Origin: Microbotryum violaceum
Taxonomy: Eukaryota
Length of the DNA: 64,000 nt
Assembly (NCBI GenBank): GCA_001244265.2
Contig: CDLV01000005.1
Span: forward strand, 2,914,001-2,978,000
Reading direction: 5' to 3'
Below, one piece after another: positions 1-12,200 of the stretch; the first letter of the stretch is position 1, and each line of letters opens with the position of its first letter. The position numbers and the translations under genes were made by a program. Under the pieces are notes generated by a model. It searched no databases and had not been told where the DNA came from. It worked only from the letters and a program-made list of their open reading frames with translations.

Positions 1-57
1 TGTTCAACCTTCAGCGATCCGTTGTCCGCTACTGCAGCATCACTCACCCGTAGACTC

Positions 58-1519
58 ATGTCATCGGCGCATACTTGGATCCCCAGCTCAATCGCCATCC
101 CTTACATCACCGCCGCGTTTGCGCTGCTCGTCACCTCGATCGTTGTGCTCATGAGTTTCCTTTGGCGTCGTCGGATTGACTTCTCCGGCAAGGTGCGTCG
201 CCTTTGAGGCAGTTCGAGCGTACAAAAGGAGGAGAAGAGCTACAGGTACAGACACTGATGCCTTCTACGCATCCAGCACTGCTACATTGGTGGAGGCTCC
301 GAGGGGCTCGGACTCGCCCTCGCCTGTCTGCTTGTGGAGCGCGGCGCCCACGTCTCGATCGTTTCGAGAAGCAAAGTAAAGTTGGAGGCGGCCCTTGCAC
401 GCATAGAGGTCAGTGCAAAGACAATATGCTGCGTTCTGGTGCTGGTCGTATGGTCCTGGTTGTAGCTTTTTGCCGCAGCGAGTGCTGACCTTATTCGCTT
501 GCACCCACTGCAGACCCATCGCCAGTCACCGAGCCAACATATCGCCTCTTACGCGTGCGACCTCACTTTGGCCGACGATGCCGCAGCGACCCTGAACCTG
601 GCGTGTGAAAAGCTTGGAGAGGCGCCGGATTTCGTCTTTGCGTGCGCTGGCGGGACGATCCCTGGTTTTTTTGCCGACCTCGAGGCCGAGAGTCACTGGC
701 AAGGCATGCAGTGGAACTTCAAGACCGCACTATGCACGGTCCATGAAGCCACACGACGTATGCGACAAGAGGGAAAACCCGGAAAGATCGTATTCACGGC
801 CAGCGTCTTGGCTATGATGGGGTTTGCGGGCTACTCGGCGTACACGCCTAGCAAGTACGCAATTAGGGGTATGTGTGACAGACGCTGCGTTTTGACAAAC
901 ACTCTACCACCGTCGCTCACGTAATATTAATCTTGAGTCCAGGACTGGCCGAGACCCTTCGAAACGAACTGCAGATGTATGGCATTTCAGTCCATCTTTT
1001 CCTGCCCGCAACGATCCTGTCGCCCGGTTTTGTCGAGGAGCAAAAAGTCAAACCGGCCATGACCCGCAGAATCGAAGGACCCGACGTGGGCCTGACTCCC
1101 GAGGTAGTAGCCGCGCACATGATCCGAGGTGAGCAACGCGCGAGAGCTTTAATTACCCGTCCCTACATCTGTTCGGGATCTCTGACTCTGACCACTTTCT
1201 CTATCTCATATGATCAGGCTTGGACCGTGACAACTTCTACATCACGTATGAGCCTGTTGGACACATGCTGCGAAATAGTCGAGGCATCACCCCGCGTAAC
1301 AATGTACTCATTGATACGCTGTGGGGTATTGCCGGAACGGTAGGCTTGTAGCAATTGTCCATAACAGATAATCGAGAAGCTGATGAAAGATTCCTTTGCC
1401 TTCGATATTTGCTGCAGATCGCCTTTCCAATCTGGCGCAGGATATCCCCTGATAGCGAGGTTCGAGCGGAGGCAAAGAAGATTTTGGGTGCGCGCAAGAT
1501 GCAAGAAGGCTCTAGCTAG
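58..1519 (+). CDS. TSC10: 3-ketodihydrosphingosine reductase (SDR family), multi-exon
   Basis: N-terminal hydrophobic anchor, GGSEGLG Rossmann motif after the first GT..AG intron, YSAYTPSKYAIRG (YxxxK) catalytic motif, GLAETLRNEL, PATILSPGF; spliced frame ends TAG 1517-1519. Confidence 0.85.
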
Positions 1520-2401
1520 GGTACATAGCTCGGGGCTCGTCAATACTGCACCACCCACTAGAGCCTATGCACATCCCCATTTTTAATACAGTCTTTCCCA
1601 GATCAGAGCATACGGCTTCGCAGATGGAATAGGAGGTCTCATCATTGGCCCGCACAGGTTTGAGAAGCGGGAGTAGAGAGGGTTTGAAATGCGCTAGGTT
1701 CTTACGAATGAGGCACTACAGTGGAGTGGAGCGACGAGGATTCCGCCTGCAACACGATCATTTAGATCTTAACTATAGTCTAATATTTCTCCCATATCCC
1801 AGTCGTATAGCCCCGGCTGCAAGATCCCCCCTCTGCGGCGAGGACTATTTTATCGGGCGTCGACAGTCAAACCAATTCGGCGGGGTCGTGTATTATCCTC
1901 AGTGTGTGCCAAGAAGAATCTTGCCGGTAAATCTCGAAGTTTCCTCCCCCATGATCTTGCCGAGATATATCCTACCCCTTACGTGATTGGGTCCAACTTA
2001 GTGACAACGAGGACGCCGAGTTCGTGCCGGCGTGGGCATCCCTACCCCCACACTGCCACCTCAGAAAAGCCTGATAAGACGAGACGGAGCCGCGGCCGTC
2101 GTTTAGCTGAGCTGATCATTCAGACCCACCTCCACCTGCTACACAGCAGCTGGGGCGCAGGACCGACATCACCGCCCTACAGTACTCGAGGACTCGGAGG
2201 TGTGCTCGACAACCCCACCAGGCGCGCGCGCGAGTTTCGTCCGATGCACATTTACCATTAGCAATTCGTCGCTGGAGTACCGACAATTAAGTTTCGTAAA
2301 CCTTCAGCCTCTAAACATAGCTTCGGGGTCCGATCGATCGTAACCGCGCTCAGTCTCCGCCTTCTTCGTCCTTCCCTGTAACCACCTTGAGTGTTCGCAA
2401 A

Positions 2402-2683
2402 ATGAAGCTCCATCTCTTCTTGTCCTATCTACTCGCCTATCTTCTCTCCATGGTCCTCTCTCTCCCTCAACCGCTGCCTCAACAGCTCACGCTTGTCGAC
2501 CCGACGGTACTAGGCGTCGAAGGCCCAAGTGGCGCTCCATCATCGCCCGGACTCCGAGCGGCGTTGCTCAGTTGTCCATCGTTCAAAGTGAGATGTGTGA
2601 GGGGCCATTGGCCTACAGGGATTGTCGGGGATGTGAGTAAATGTCATCAGAAGATCTTTGAGCTTGGTCGTGTGTCACGATGA
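2402..2683 (+). CDS. putative small secreted protein (exon structure uncertain)
   Basis: ATG 2402 followed by signal-peptide-like MKLHLFLSYLLAYLLSMVLSLP; several Cys; possible splice donors. Confidence 0.35.
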   Translation: MKLHLFLSYLLAYLLSMVLSLPQPLPQQLTLVDPTVLGVEGPSGAPSSPGLRAALLSCPSFKVRCVRGHWPTGIVGDVSKCHQKIFELGRVSR

Positions 2684-2983
2684 CACTGACGATCTTTTCC
2701 TTGCGAATGACTCAGATCGGCGCTCAACCTTTCAAACGCGTAGGAATCAGATGCAATCAAGCTCATACCGCTCGTAGTAAGCCTGGTAGCAGGACCATAT
2801 AATCCATACAGTTGAAAAATGCCGAATGACTGGCCTACTTTCTTTTTCATTTTCCCGCCGAGCGCAGATACGCGAATGTGCAACTTTGTCTTTGAGGAGC
2901 AGTGTGAGGGCCAGTGCGAGGCGTATGGCCCGATTCCTTTCTGAGATGTGACGTGGGGGGCGATGTCATGTTTTTTTTTACTC

Positions 2984-3032
2984 TGTGTGCTTGTGCGTGT
3001 GTGTGTTGTGTGTGTGTGGGTGGGCGTGTGGG
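2984..3032. repeat. imperfect (GT)n microsatellite next to a T9 run
   Basis: tgtgtgcttgtgcgtgtgtgtgttgtgtgtgtgtggg. Confidence 0.8.
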
Positions 3033-3402
3033 TAATGATACGCCGTATGGGGATCCGAGAAACTCTTGTTGGGACTTTTGTTCGAAGGGTCACCGTGACT
3101 GCACTGCATCCCCGAAGCCGAGGCTGCAGGAACCAGCAAGCGCTCCGAGTTGAAAATCTATATTCCTTCTGCGTAGACTCTGACACAATTCTACCCTTGT
3201 TCGGTGCAAGCCGGTACCGCATTGCCCCTCGACGAGCCGTGAACATGCGGGCTTCAGGCTTGTTCTACTAGTAGATGCCGCACGATGACGGCACAGGACG
3301 GGGCCTGTCGACAGTTGACGAGCACGAGATAAGCTTGGTTCGAAAGCTCCCTCTTTCAATCTTATCCTTCTCTTTCTCTATCCTCGGACACCCAAAGTAG
3401 CC

Positions 3403-4775
3403 ATGATCGAGCTTGAACCCCCCACAGGATCCGGAGCAGACGCTTCAACGCCTGCCAAGACGTGTGAGGTAAGGCCCTGGAACATCGGACTCCGCACCCC
3501 AAGTTGAGCGTGATTCCCGGCCCGGACTGATTTGCAACTCAACATTGACTACTAATACCACCAGGCATGCCATCAAGGGTCGGTCCTACCTGGAACGCCA
3601 AAGGGAGTGATGAGTGAGCACGAGCTGGGTGGGTTGAAGTATTACTTGGCTAAGGGAGAAGGGGAGGAGAGGAACAAGGTCATTGTCATGTGAGTTGGAG
3701 GCCGGAGCACATGTTGGGCAGGGCCTTACCGTCCCGGGCCTCCCCCCACTTGAGAGGTTTACCGGTTGCGGCTGTGAGACTAAGGCTGTTGAGGTTCTCT
3801 GGGTGTGCTAACTCGATTGGGATATCTTCCTTGGAACCAATGCGATGGACATCTTTGGCTTCTCCATCCCCAACGCCAAACTCATCGCCGATCAACTCGC
3901 CAAGGACACCGGAAGGGACGTCTATGTCCCGGATTACTACAAAGGTAAGTCATGAAATCCCTTCAGCGAATTATGTATCTCGAAAACGCACGCTGCCTGA
4001 CGAATCAAATTCATACTACCTTTCGGCGCAAAATTGTTCATAGGCGACCTCGCCCCCGCCTCCAAGTTATCCCTCTCGAGCTTCCCCCAAGCCCAACTAA
4101 CTCTCTTGACGAGGGCCAAGAATCTCGTTGCGACCGTGTATACCTTCGTCCGACATGTTGGGGTCGTTTGGGCTTATAGGAATAGGGCGGGGGTGTTGGT
4201 GCCGAGGGCCAAGGAGGTGAGTTTGGTCGAGGAGCACAGTCTTGAGCGGATTGCAGTTGGACGCCGAACTGATCTGTGAATTGATGCACTTGTAGTTCTG
4301 CGAAGCGCTCAAGAAGGAGAAAGGAATCGAGCGCATCGGAGCGGTCGGGTACGTTCGTTACCTGCTCTCAGGCTCATCTGCCCAGCCCACATACCTAGCT
4401 CACTTCACTCCCCATCCACCAGCTACTGCATGGGCGGCACCGTCGTCTGTCTCCTCGGCGGTATGCCCGACCACGTCATCGACGTCTGTATCATCGCCCA
4501 CCCCGGACCTCTCAAAGTTGACGACTTTAGGAGGCTTGCGCTTCCGACGGTGGAGGGGATGAAGGAGAAGACGGAGGTGAGGAGGTATGAGGGGACTGTG
4601 CATGGTCAGTCTAGCAAGATACCTGCGATTAATGAGAGACAAGTAGGTGGCTAACTCGAGGGTACGATTTTGCTCAGGCTTCGCTTCGAGGGCGGACTGG
4701 ACCGACCCGGACAACAAGGTCACGTTTGAGCAGGCGCTACAACAAACGGTGAACTTCTTCAAGGAAAACTTGTAA
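3403..4775 (+). CDS. dienelactone hydrolase family protein (AIM2-like), multi-exon
   Basis: Spliced G-Y-C-M-G-G nucleophile motif, IAHPG, YEGTVHGF; N-terminal C-x-x-C-x-x-G..GTPKG; stop TAA 4773-4775. Confidence 0.8.
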
Positions 4776-5015
4776 AGGTGTAGGGGTTTGTTTGGCTCTA
4801 TAGTGGCTTGTTGTAGGTATATTTCGACATTCTGAAACAAGAAATTTTGCTGCGATGGTCATCCGTGAGGACGGAGCCGGCAGCCTGGGGATTGATGGAC
4901 TTGAGCCTGGCCCATGGTCCTCGCTGGATCCAAGGGAAGTTGGGTATAGATTTCCAACGACGGAAGAAGGTTGCACTACCATATGAAAGGGATATATTAA
5001 GGCAAAACTGTGGAA

Positions 5016-7941
5016 TCACGCCGACCTGCGGCTCGAGGGGAGAACAAGTGTATGTACCTTTTTTCTGCGAGGAAGCACGGTGAGAGAAAGTGCGTGAGTG
5101 AGAGTGACTGTGAGAGGTAGTATTGGTGCTATGAAAAGAGGGTGATAGGAATGAGCGTGGAATGTTCCGGGGCGGGCCGCGCGATAGGGGGGCGGGAACA
5201 TGGGATCACGGCTGGTGGGTGCTATGCTTTTAAAGGGGGCCAGCAATCTGCCAGCGGTGGAGACGTAGGGGGCGTGAGCATCTCGAACAATTCCACTCGG
5301 TTATGCTATCCAAGAACTCACATCTCTGCATCTGAATCTGACAAATCGCCGACCTCGCCATGTTTCCCCTCTGTCTCGCCCGATCCACGGTTGCGCACTT
5401 CAAAGCTGTCTTGTACTCCCGGTCCACGACCGCATCACCCCCGGGGTATCCTTTCATGGCGTTCGCTTGGACAGTGTTGAGGAAGGCCTCGGTATCCGAA
5501 ATGGAGTACTCCATTTGAGACGTTTTGGTGTTGGTCGAGTAGCCCGAGTGCGGGACGGGGGCGTTGGGCAGGTAGATTAGGATGGGGTCTGTCAGACGAA
5601 AGGAGAAAGCGAATCAGCGCGTCTTCAGTGCTTTGCCCTCGAAAAGTTGGGCTACATTTACAATTCCCAGGTTTGTCAACACGCGCATCCTTTACGTTGC
5701 ACCCGAAAAACACGGGCCTCCTCGTCAAACCCCCCATCAAAAAATCGTATGGTTTTGAAGGCACAGGCGGGAAGTCACTGTACCCGTTCGCTGTGCGGTT
5801 AATACGTTCCCACGTTCGATGTAGCGACACACCGTTCGGCCACGACATTTTAGTATCTTGCGAGGCATCGATCGCAAAGATAGTGTCGAGTCGGCGCGCT
5901 TTGACGAGAAGGGGCGCCAAAGGGATGTTTTCGCCGCTGGGAGCAGGAACTTAACACGGTGAGAATCGAGTCTCCAACACGCTCGCATTCCCTGGGCCGG
6001 GCGGGCTCAAGGCTCACTTCATTCCTCCGTCGGTCAGGTACAGGTTTTTATTTTCAGCGCTCTCAAAACGGCGGGACCCCATGAGACCAGAGTTGTAGCC
6101 GTAAAAGGTGTTCGGGACTACATTAGGCAAGAGACGCATGTCAGTCACGGTGCGTCGCAGATTCGCAGCGAGCTTGACTATGGAATTACTCAGAGGTATC
6201 GTGGACACCGGACTGACCTTTGGAAGTTAAAATGTCCAATTTTTCCTCCTTAGAGACCCGGTGAATGAGACTGAGGAGCCTTCGGAACGTTTTCATGTCC
6301 GGCTGGAGCATGCTCTCAATGGCGGTGAACAATCCCGCGCTACAACCCATGATGAAACTGGCTGAATCGAAGCCGTTGACGCAGGTACGAGCCACCCCTG
6401 TTTGGGTTTGTTCCACGTAACTCCCCATGTATTCGGTCGGAATGTGAGCAGAAAGGGAGGGGTCGAATGACCCGAAGGAATAGGGGCTGATCTCAAAGAC
6501 CTGCGCGGAAGATGCGCGCGTTAGAGACTCGAAGGCAGGATTTTGGCGAACAGCTTAGTTGCTAAGCGGAGATCTGGTAGGCTCCTTACCGTGTTTATCG
6601 CAGGGATGTAATCATGCACAACTTTGAACTGGTCCCAGGGCCGGACGCGGGAAGTGGTGGTGACGATGGGGTATGGCATCTCAAACTCCTTGAACTTGCT
6701 GGTCGAATTGATGGCATCGAACAAGAGACCCTGGAATCGATACGAACAAGAGCGGGTGTCTCAGGAGATTATGCAGATGTTGATCAGATTGGTTCAGGAA
6801 GCTTACATTGTCGTTCGGTGCCAACTGGCTGAAAAAGCTAGCACGCGTTGTGCCCGGCAAGAAATGATGGCCAAGCAAGCGACCTGCGAGTGGTTGGGAA
6901 TGGTTTCCAGCACATTCTGAGAGCGAGGCTCTAAAATCCAGCCAATGCTTACCCCAGTAATCAATGAGCGTCACAGAGAAGTGGGCTCGGTTTTTTTCAT
7001 GCAAATCACGGATGATGTTGGCGTTAAAAGGGATCAAATGCTTAATCGAGGGAAAAATCAGGTTAAAGTCCAACTTCCAGCCGGGCGCTCCGTTCTTTCC
7101 CAAGACGATGTCGTAGATACTCGTGGGACCCAAGTTGGACGTCGCGAGTGAGGTGATGGCCCATGAGCCGCCGGAGAGGCCGGTCATGTAGGCCGACAGT
7201 TGGAGGACGGGCGCTGCATGGCTTCTGGATCGGCTGTCGAGTGCTGAGAGTGTCCCGGCGCAGTACAGGCTCGCTCGAAGACCGCCTCCCGAGCATGCGG
7301 TACCGCTGATGATGCGGAAAATAATTCTGTCAGACGATGCGCTCACTCGACCGCAGCTCAATTCCGAGACTTCTGTTCACTCACATCCTCGGCTCGTGCT
7401 TGACAATCGTAGCGATCTGAGCGGTGCTGTACCCCGTATCCTGACCATTCCCCAGGTACTTCAAATACAGCGGTTCTAACACCTTGTTCCATCGCGCAGC
7501 TTGATATGTCGCTTCACGGCTCTCGAGGAATTGGTTGCCTGCCAGTGGAGATCCCGTGCTCTTTACCAAGGGACCGTCGGTCGGACAACGCACACGTCGA
7601 GGTGCATCTGCAAGGGCTCAGCAAAGAATGAAACCCACTGTAGTCAGCGATTAATCTGCTCCGATCATAGTCGAAGGAGCACGTGTAATGCATTTTAAGG
7701 GGCGGAGCCACGGATCGTTGGTCGGTTCGCAAGCTCGGTCTATACCAGTCCATACCGGTCGACGACCGGCCGCGCTTGTGAAAAGGGCCTCCTGTCCAGG
7801 TATGACTCACAGCTCGACCCTTGACCGTTGACGGCGCAAATCCATAAGACCGAACCTGCGATTCCGCCCAGCGCCCACATACTGAATCGTTTTGGAGAGG
7901 TAGAGAGGTAGTTGGGAAGTCAAGAGGGGTAATGGAGACAT
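5016..7941 (-). CDS. lysophospholipase / phospholipase B (PLA2c domain), copy 1, multi-exon
   Basis: SGGGLRA, GLSGGSW nucleophile, CVNGFDSASFIMG, LTDGG, IFAIDAS, WPNG, spliced C-terminal RYCW; start codon uncertain. Confidence 0.85.
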
Positions 7942-8874
7942 GGCCTGACTTTTTGGGAGGGCCCTAGTCAGGCAGGAGCTACAAACGACCACCGAACGAG
8001 TCGGGCTTCACACAGGGCGCCAACGTTTCGTGAACTTAGGGGACAAATCCGGCCCCTAAACCTCGACCACGCGGGGGCGCTCGCGAACGGCGATTGCGGA
8101 AATCGATCTCCGGGTCTAAACGAATACGCAATGGGTTGCCAAAGTCACGGCAGGCAGTAGTGCTCACATCCTGATGTAGTCCTTGCAAACACAGCCATAA
8201 ATTTTATCCAGCAAAGTGCGTGCCATTGACTGCAGCATACTCATGATATACTGACATTTCAAATGCTATATAGGGGCTCCTTTGTTCGTCGGCCCACCCG
8301 TCGCACGTTGCTCCGCATCACCGCTCCCTCAGATCTTTGAGGATATTGACAAAACTCTCACCAATGTACCTATGCAGTACAGAAAAAGCACTGAAAGTGA
8401 TTTTCGGCTTTGCGTTGTACAGAAAAAGCATCGAAAGAAAACTGGCCCTCGCTGTAAGGGTTTGATCCCTCAAAGGTCGCGAGAACTGCTACAATCGACT
8501 GTTGACGTGTTCGGTTCGTTTCAGGTTGATCGCGTCTAAGTCGTCTAAGTTGTCTAAAGGAAAGAAAGACTATCCAAAGGTAGTGGACAAATCCATTCAA
8601 ACGAGAGGAGAGCAAGTTGTCTCAGTTGTGGGCAAGGCCCGTGGGAGGGGCGCACCCCTCACACTCGCGGACCGACTTGAGCGCCGTCCGTCACCTTTCG
8701 TCCACTGGGAGGCAGAAGACGAAATGGTGATATCAGGTGACAACTATTGAGTGATTAGTTCTGGCTAAGAGAGTGTTAAAGTCTCCAACAGTTTTCGCTC
8801 CGCGAGGCCAAGAAGGGTGGGCCGCGCCTGCCTGCGTCGAGCCCGCCGCCGAGTTCGTTCGCGTGCGAAGGTTT

Positions 8875-10430
8875 TGTTTCTTCGCGCCTTTCCCTCCTGG
8901 CCTTCACTGCTTTTCGCCACCCTTCACGCCAGCGTCCCCTACTCGACGCTCTCCTCGATTCTTGTTATCGCCCATCCACATTACAACAGGTCACCGTGAT
9001 CATGCCACCACGCAGGGCGGTGAGGAGGATGCTCAAGTGGAGGTTGCAGTCGCCAATGAGGCGGCACAAATGAGCATCTAGTAAGTCGTTCCTATACCAT
9101 CTGTGCCAATCCTGCTACTTTTGATAAATGCGCTCAAATAGGCCCGAACGTAAACGCACTGGCCCCGCCTCGGTTAACTCAGGCGCTCATCCGTTTGTCG
9201 AAGAACCGGCGTATCGCAAAGTCGGTTACAGCTACAGCGAGACAGTCTCATTACTTCTCACACTGGCTGGTGGCATCTTGGTCTCGTGACATGTTCTGCA
9301 GTTCCGACCTTACCGCCTCGATCGCTACTACTGCCGCCGCCGTCGAGCCTGATCGGGTGGAACCGCTTGCAGCGCTTTCAGGAGTCGTATTCACCGACAG
9401 ACGGCTTCAACGGGGCGGCCTGTCCGACGAAGACATCAGAAACGATCTTTTCCTACTGTCAGACGAAGAGGATACTAACAAAGAGGCTGCTGTTGGTGAT
9501 GTCTTCGACAAAGACGTCGAGATTGATCATCTCCTACTGTCAGACGAAGACGTTGCAGAAGTCATTGCGAACAGCAGCCTCTTTGTCTGACAGTAGAAGA
9601 GGATCGATTCTGCTGTCTTGGTCGGACAGGTCGTCCCGTTGAAGCCGTCTGCCGGTGAATACAACTTCGGAAAGCGCTGCAAGCGGTTCCACCCAATCAG
9701 CGGCGGCAGTAGTAGCGATCGAGGCGGTAAGGTCGGAGCTGCAGAACATGTCACGAGACCAAGATGCCACCAGCCAGTGTGAGACGTACTCACAATGTAT
9801 CCCTGTAGATGTAACTGACTTTGCGATACGACGGTTCTTCTGCAACGGTTGAACACCTGAACTAGCCGAGGCGGAGCGACCGCGTTTTCGTTTGGGCCTA
9901 TTGTAAGATCAGTTATCGTAAGTACCAGGCCTATTGGCACAGATGGTACAGGAACGATTTACTGGGTGCTCATTTGTGCCGCCTCATTCGCGACTGCAAC
10001 CTTCACTCGAGCAAGCTCCTCACCACCCCACGTCGACTTCAACGCCACGTCGATTCAACGCCACGTCGATTTCAACGCCACGTCGACTTCGACGCCACGT
10101 CGCTGAAGCGCTGATGCCCGACTGCACCGAAGCCGTCACCGCGCGTTTGGCGATGGATTGCCGGGACTTGAGCCGAGTCGCTTGTACTTGTTTCTTGACG
10201 GTGCGCTGGTCTCGCATGTCGTTTGGCGTATCTTGCCTGGCGGCGGTGGCCATACCAACTCCGGCCGAAGCCGCTCGCAGAGGTCTGCGTGGGGGGCATG
10301 ATTACGGTGATCTGTTGCAATGTGGATGGGCGATGACAAAGATCGGGGAGAGCGTCAAGTAGGGGACGGTGGGGTGAGGGTGGCAAAAGGCAGTGAGGCA
10401 GTGAAGAGCAAGAGGGAAAGGCGCACAGGG
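8875..10430. repeat. large imperfect inverted repeat (arms ~8875-9465 and ~9585-10430)
   Basis: 9295-9390 is the reverse complement of 9660-9750; 9020-9110 of 9930-10020; 8880-9005 of 10295-10430; right arm carries an extra ~270 bp. Confidence 0.9.
10028..10102. repeat. minisatellite, ~4 copies of CCACGTCGA(C/T)TTCAACG
   Basis: Directly visible tandem 17-18 bp units. Confidence 0.85.
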
Positions 10431-10619
10431 GTGCGCTGGTGTGGCTCGGATGGTGCCGAAGGTCGGTCCCCCCTGGCACAGCTTTTGGACAGCGATTTGC
10501 GCGTGCTGGCTTGGTCTCGGGTGTTCCTCAACCTCCCGCTCTCCACCCGCTCCGACGTACAGGCACGTGGCCTCATCTTTGGGCTTCACCACCTCGAAGA
10601 GGTCGCCATATGGTATGGC

Positions 10620-12200
10620 CCTATTCAGAGGCAGCTTTGCAGGCTGTAATCGGGTATTCAACCATGTTCGCAGTCTCGAAAAGCACAGGAGCACTCACTA
10701 CTATCGAGGCCGACCACCTACTGGCAGCCTGTTAACGTCATCGGCTGCTGAACGACATCATCTGCACTTTCTCGCACAACAACGGGCTCGTCAAGCGTAT
10801 GTTCACCGACTCCGTAGGCGACAGTCGAGACTCAGAAACCGTGGCATCGATCCGGACAGCTCCGATTCCAGCGGCGGCGACAGCGAAGACGACCCCTCAA
10901 GCGACAGTTCAGCTGACTCCGACGACGATCGTGCCCACGACGATCGACCGGAATGGGAGTACCGTCAGAAAAGAAAGATCCGAGTAGACGACCTCCGCTT
11001 GCAGGCTGGGCTCGTCGGGCCGATGGAGAATTGTGTCACGAACACACTCCGCCCCCGACCGTTCATCACGCGCATCTGTTCGACGAGAACAACGTCTTCT
11101 ATCCATTCCGGGACGGAGGACCACAGGTGGGCCTACGCCTGTCCGGCCCACTTTCAGCCTGCAAGCGGATGTCGTTCTACTCGAATCTTTCTCTTCTGAC
11201 GGTACTCCCATTCCGGTCGTTGTGGGCACGATCGTTGTCGGAGTCAGCTGAACTGTCGCTTGAGGAGTCGTCTTCGCTGTCGCTGTCGCTGGAATCGGAG
11301 CTGTCCGGATCGATGCCACGGTTTCTGAGTCTCGACTGTCGCCTACGGCGTCGGTGAACATATGCTTGACGAGCCCGTTGTTGTCCAAGAAAGTGCAGAT
11401 GAAAACGCTCAAGTAATGTCACTTATTCCCTTGCTCATCATCTACGCCACGTCTTTTGAGGCGACATCTGACGATGTGGACAATATGGAGTTTGCATACG
11501 ATGCCTACATGTTTGTGAGTTGATGGTCACTGACTACGGGACGAATGTTGTGCTCATCTCCGTGCTTTCGCACCTCAGCTGATCAGAAACACGTACGCTC
11601 GCTGTCGAAACATCGATGGCAAGATTGAAAAATTGGATTTCAATTGGCCGCGTCTACACGCCGTATCGCACTACGCTGAGTGGACTAAGAAGTGGGGTGT
11701 TTTGGTGCACTCGGATACGAACATATCTGAGGTCAGTTTCCGAGTTGCATGTGTTAGTCAGTTGGACATAACTCTAACCCACTATGTCGATCACAGCGAG
11801 CCCATATCGACACGGTCAAGGTTGCGTGCAGAGCCAGCAACAAGTGCAACACCGCCTCACAAATTATCAGGTACTCCAGACGAGCCGATAAGCTCAGATC
11901 CTTGCGGAACGTTGTTGATCTCGACAGTCATGTGAAGTCCACAGGCAATCGAGTGATCTTCTCAACACCTGAACCACTCCCGCATACTTTCTACCTTCCC
12001 AGGCGACCTTGTGAGTGTCTGAATCCTGCTTGTACGTTGTTGTTAACCGGAGGGCTCACTCAAATATATCTCCTATTCAGCTGGCAATAATCGGCGCGTA
12101 ATTGCCATGAGGGCTTTGGAGGTTGCTTTCAAGCAACCTGTTCTCCTCAAGCTCGTACGTCTCGCACGTGTGCTGCAATTGCCCTTGATCCCCTGGCCAA
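10620..12200 (+). mobile_element. degenerate Plavaka/CACTA-like transposase relic
   Basis: DFNWPRLHAVSHYAEWTKKWGVLVHSDTNISE resembles the FNxPKLHxxxHY..G....T...E C-terminal motif; degenerate C2H2-like GCNRVFNHVRSLEKHRSTH upstream; termini not found. Confidence 0.55.
10759..11401. repeat. inverted repeat, ~250-bp arms (10759-11008 / 11155-11401) with ~145-bp spacer
   Basis: Both strands translate to near-identical HLHFL.QQRARQAYVHR..RRQSRLRNRGIDPDSSDSS peptides. Confidence 0.9.
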
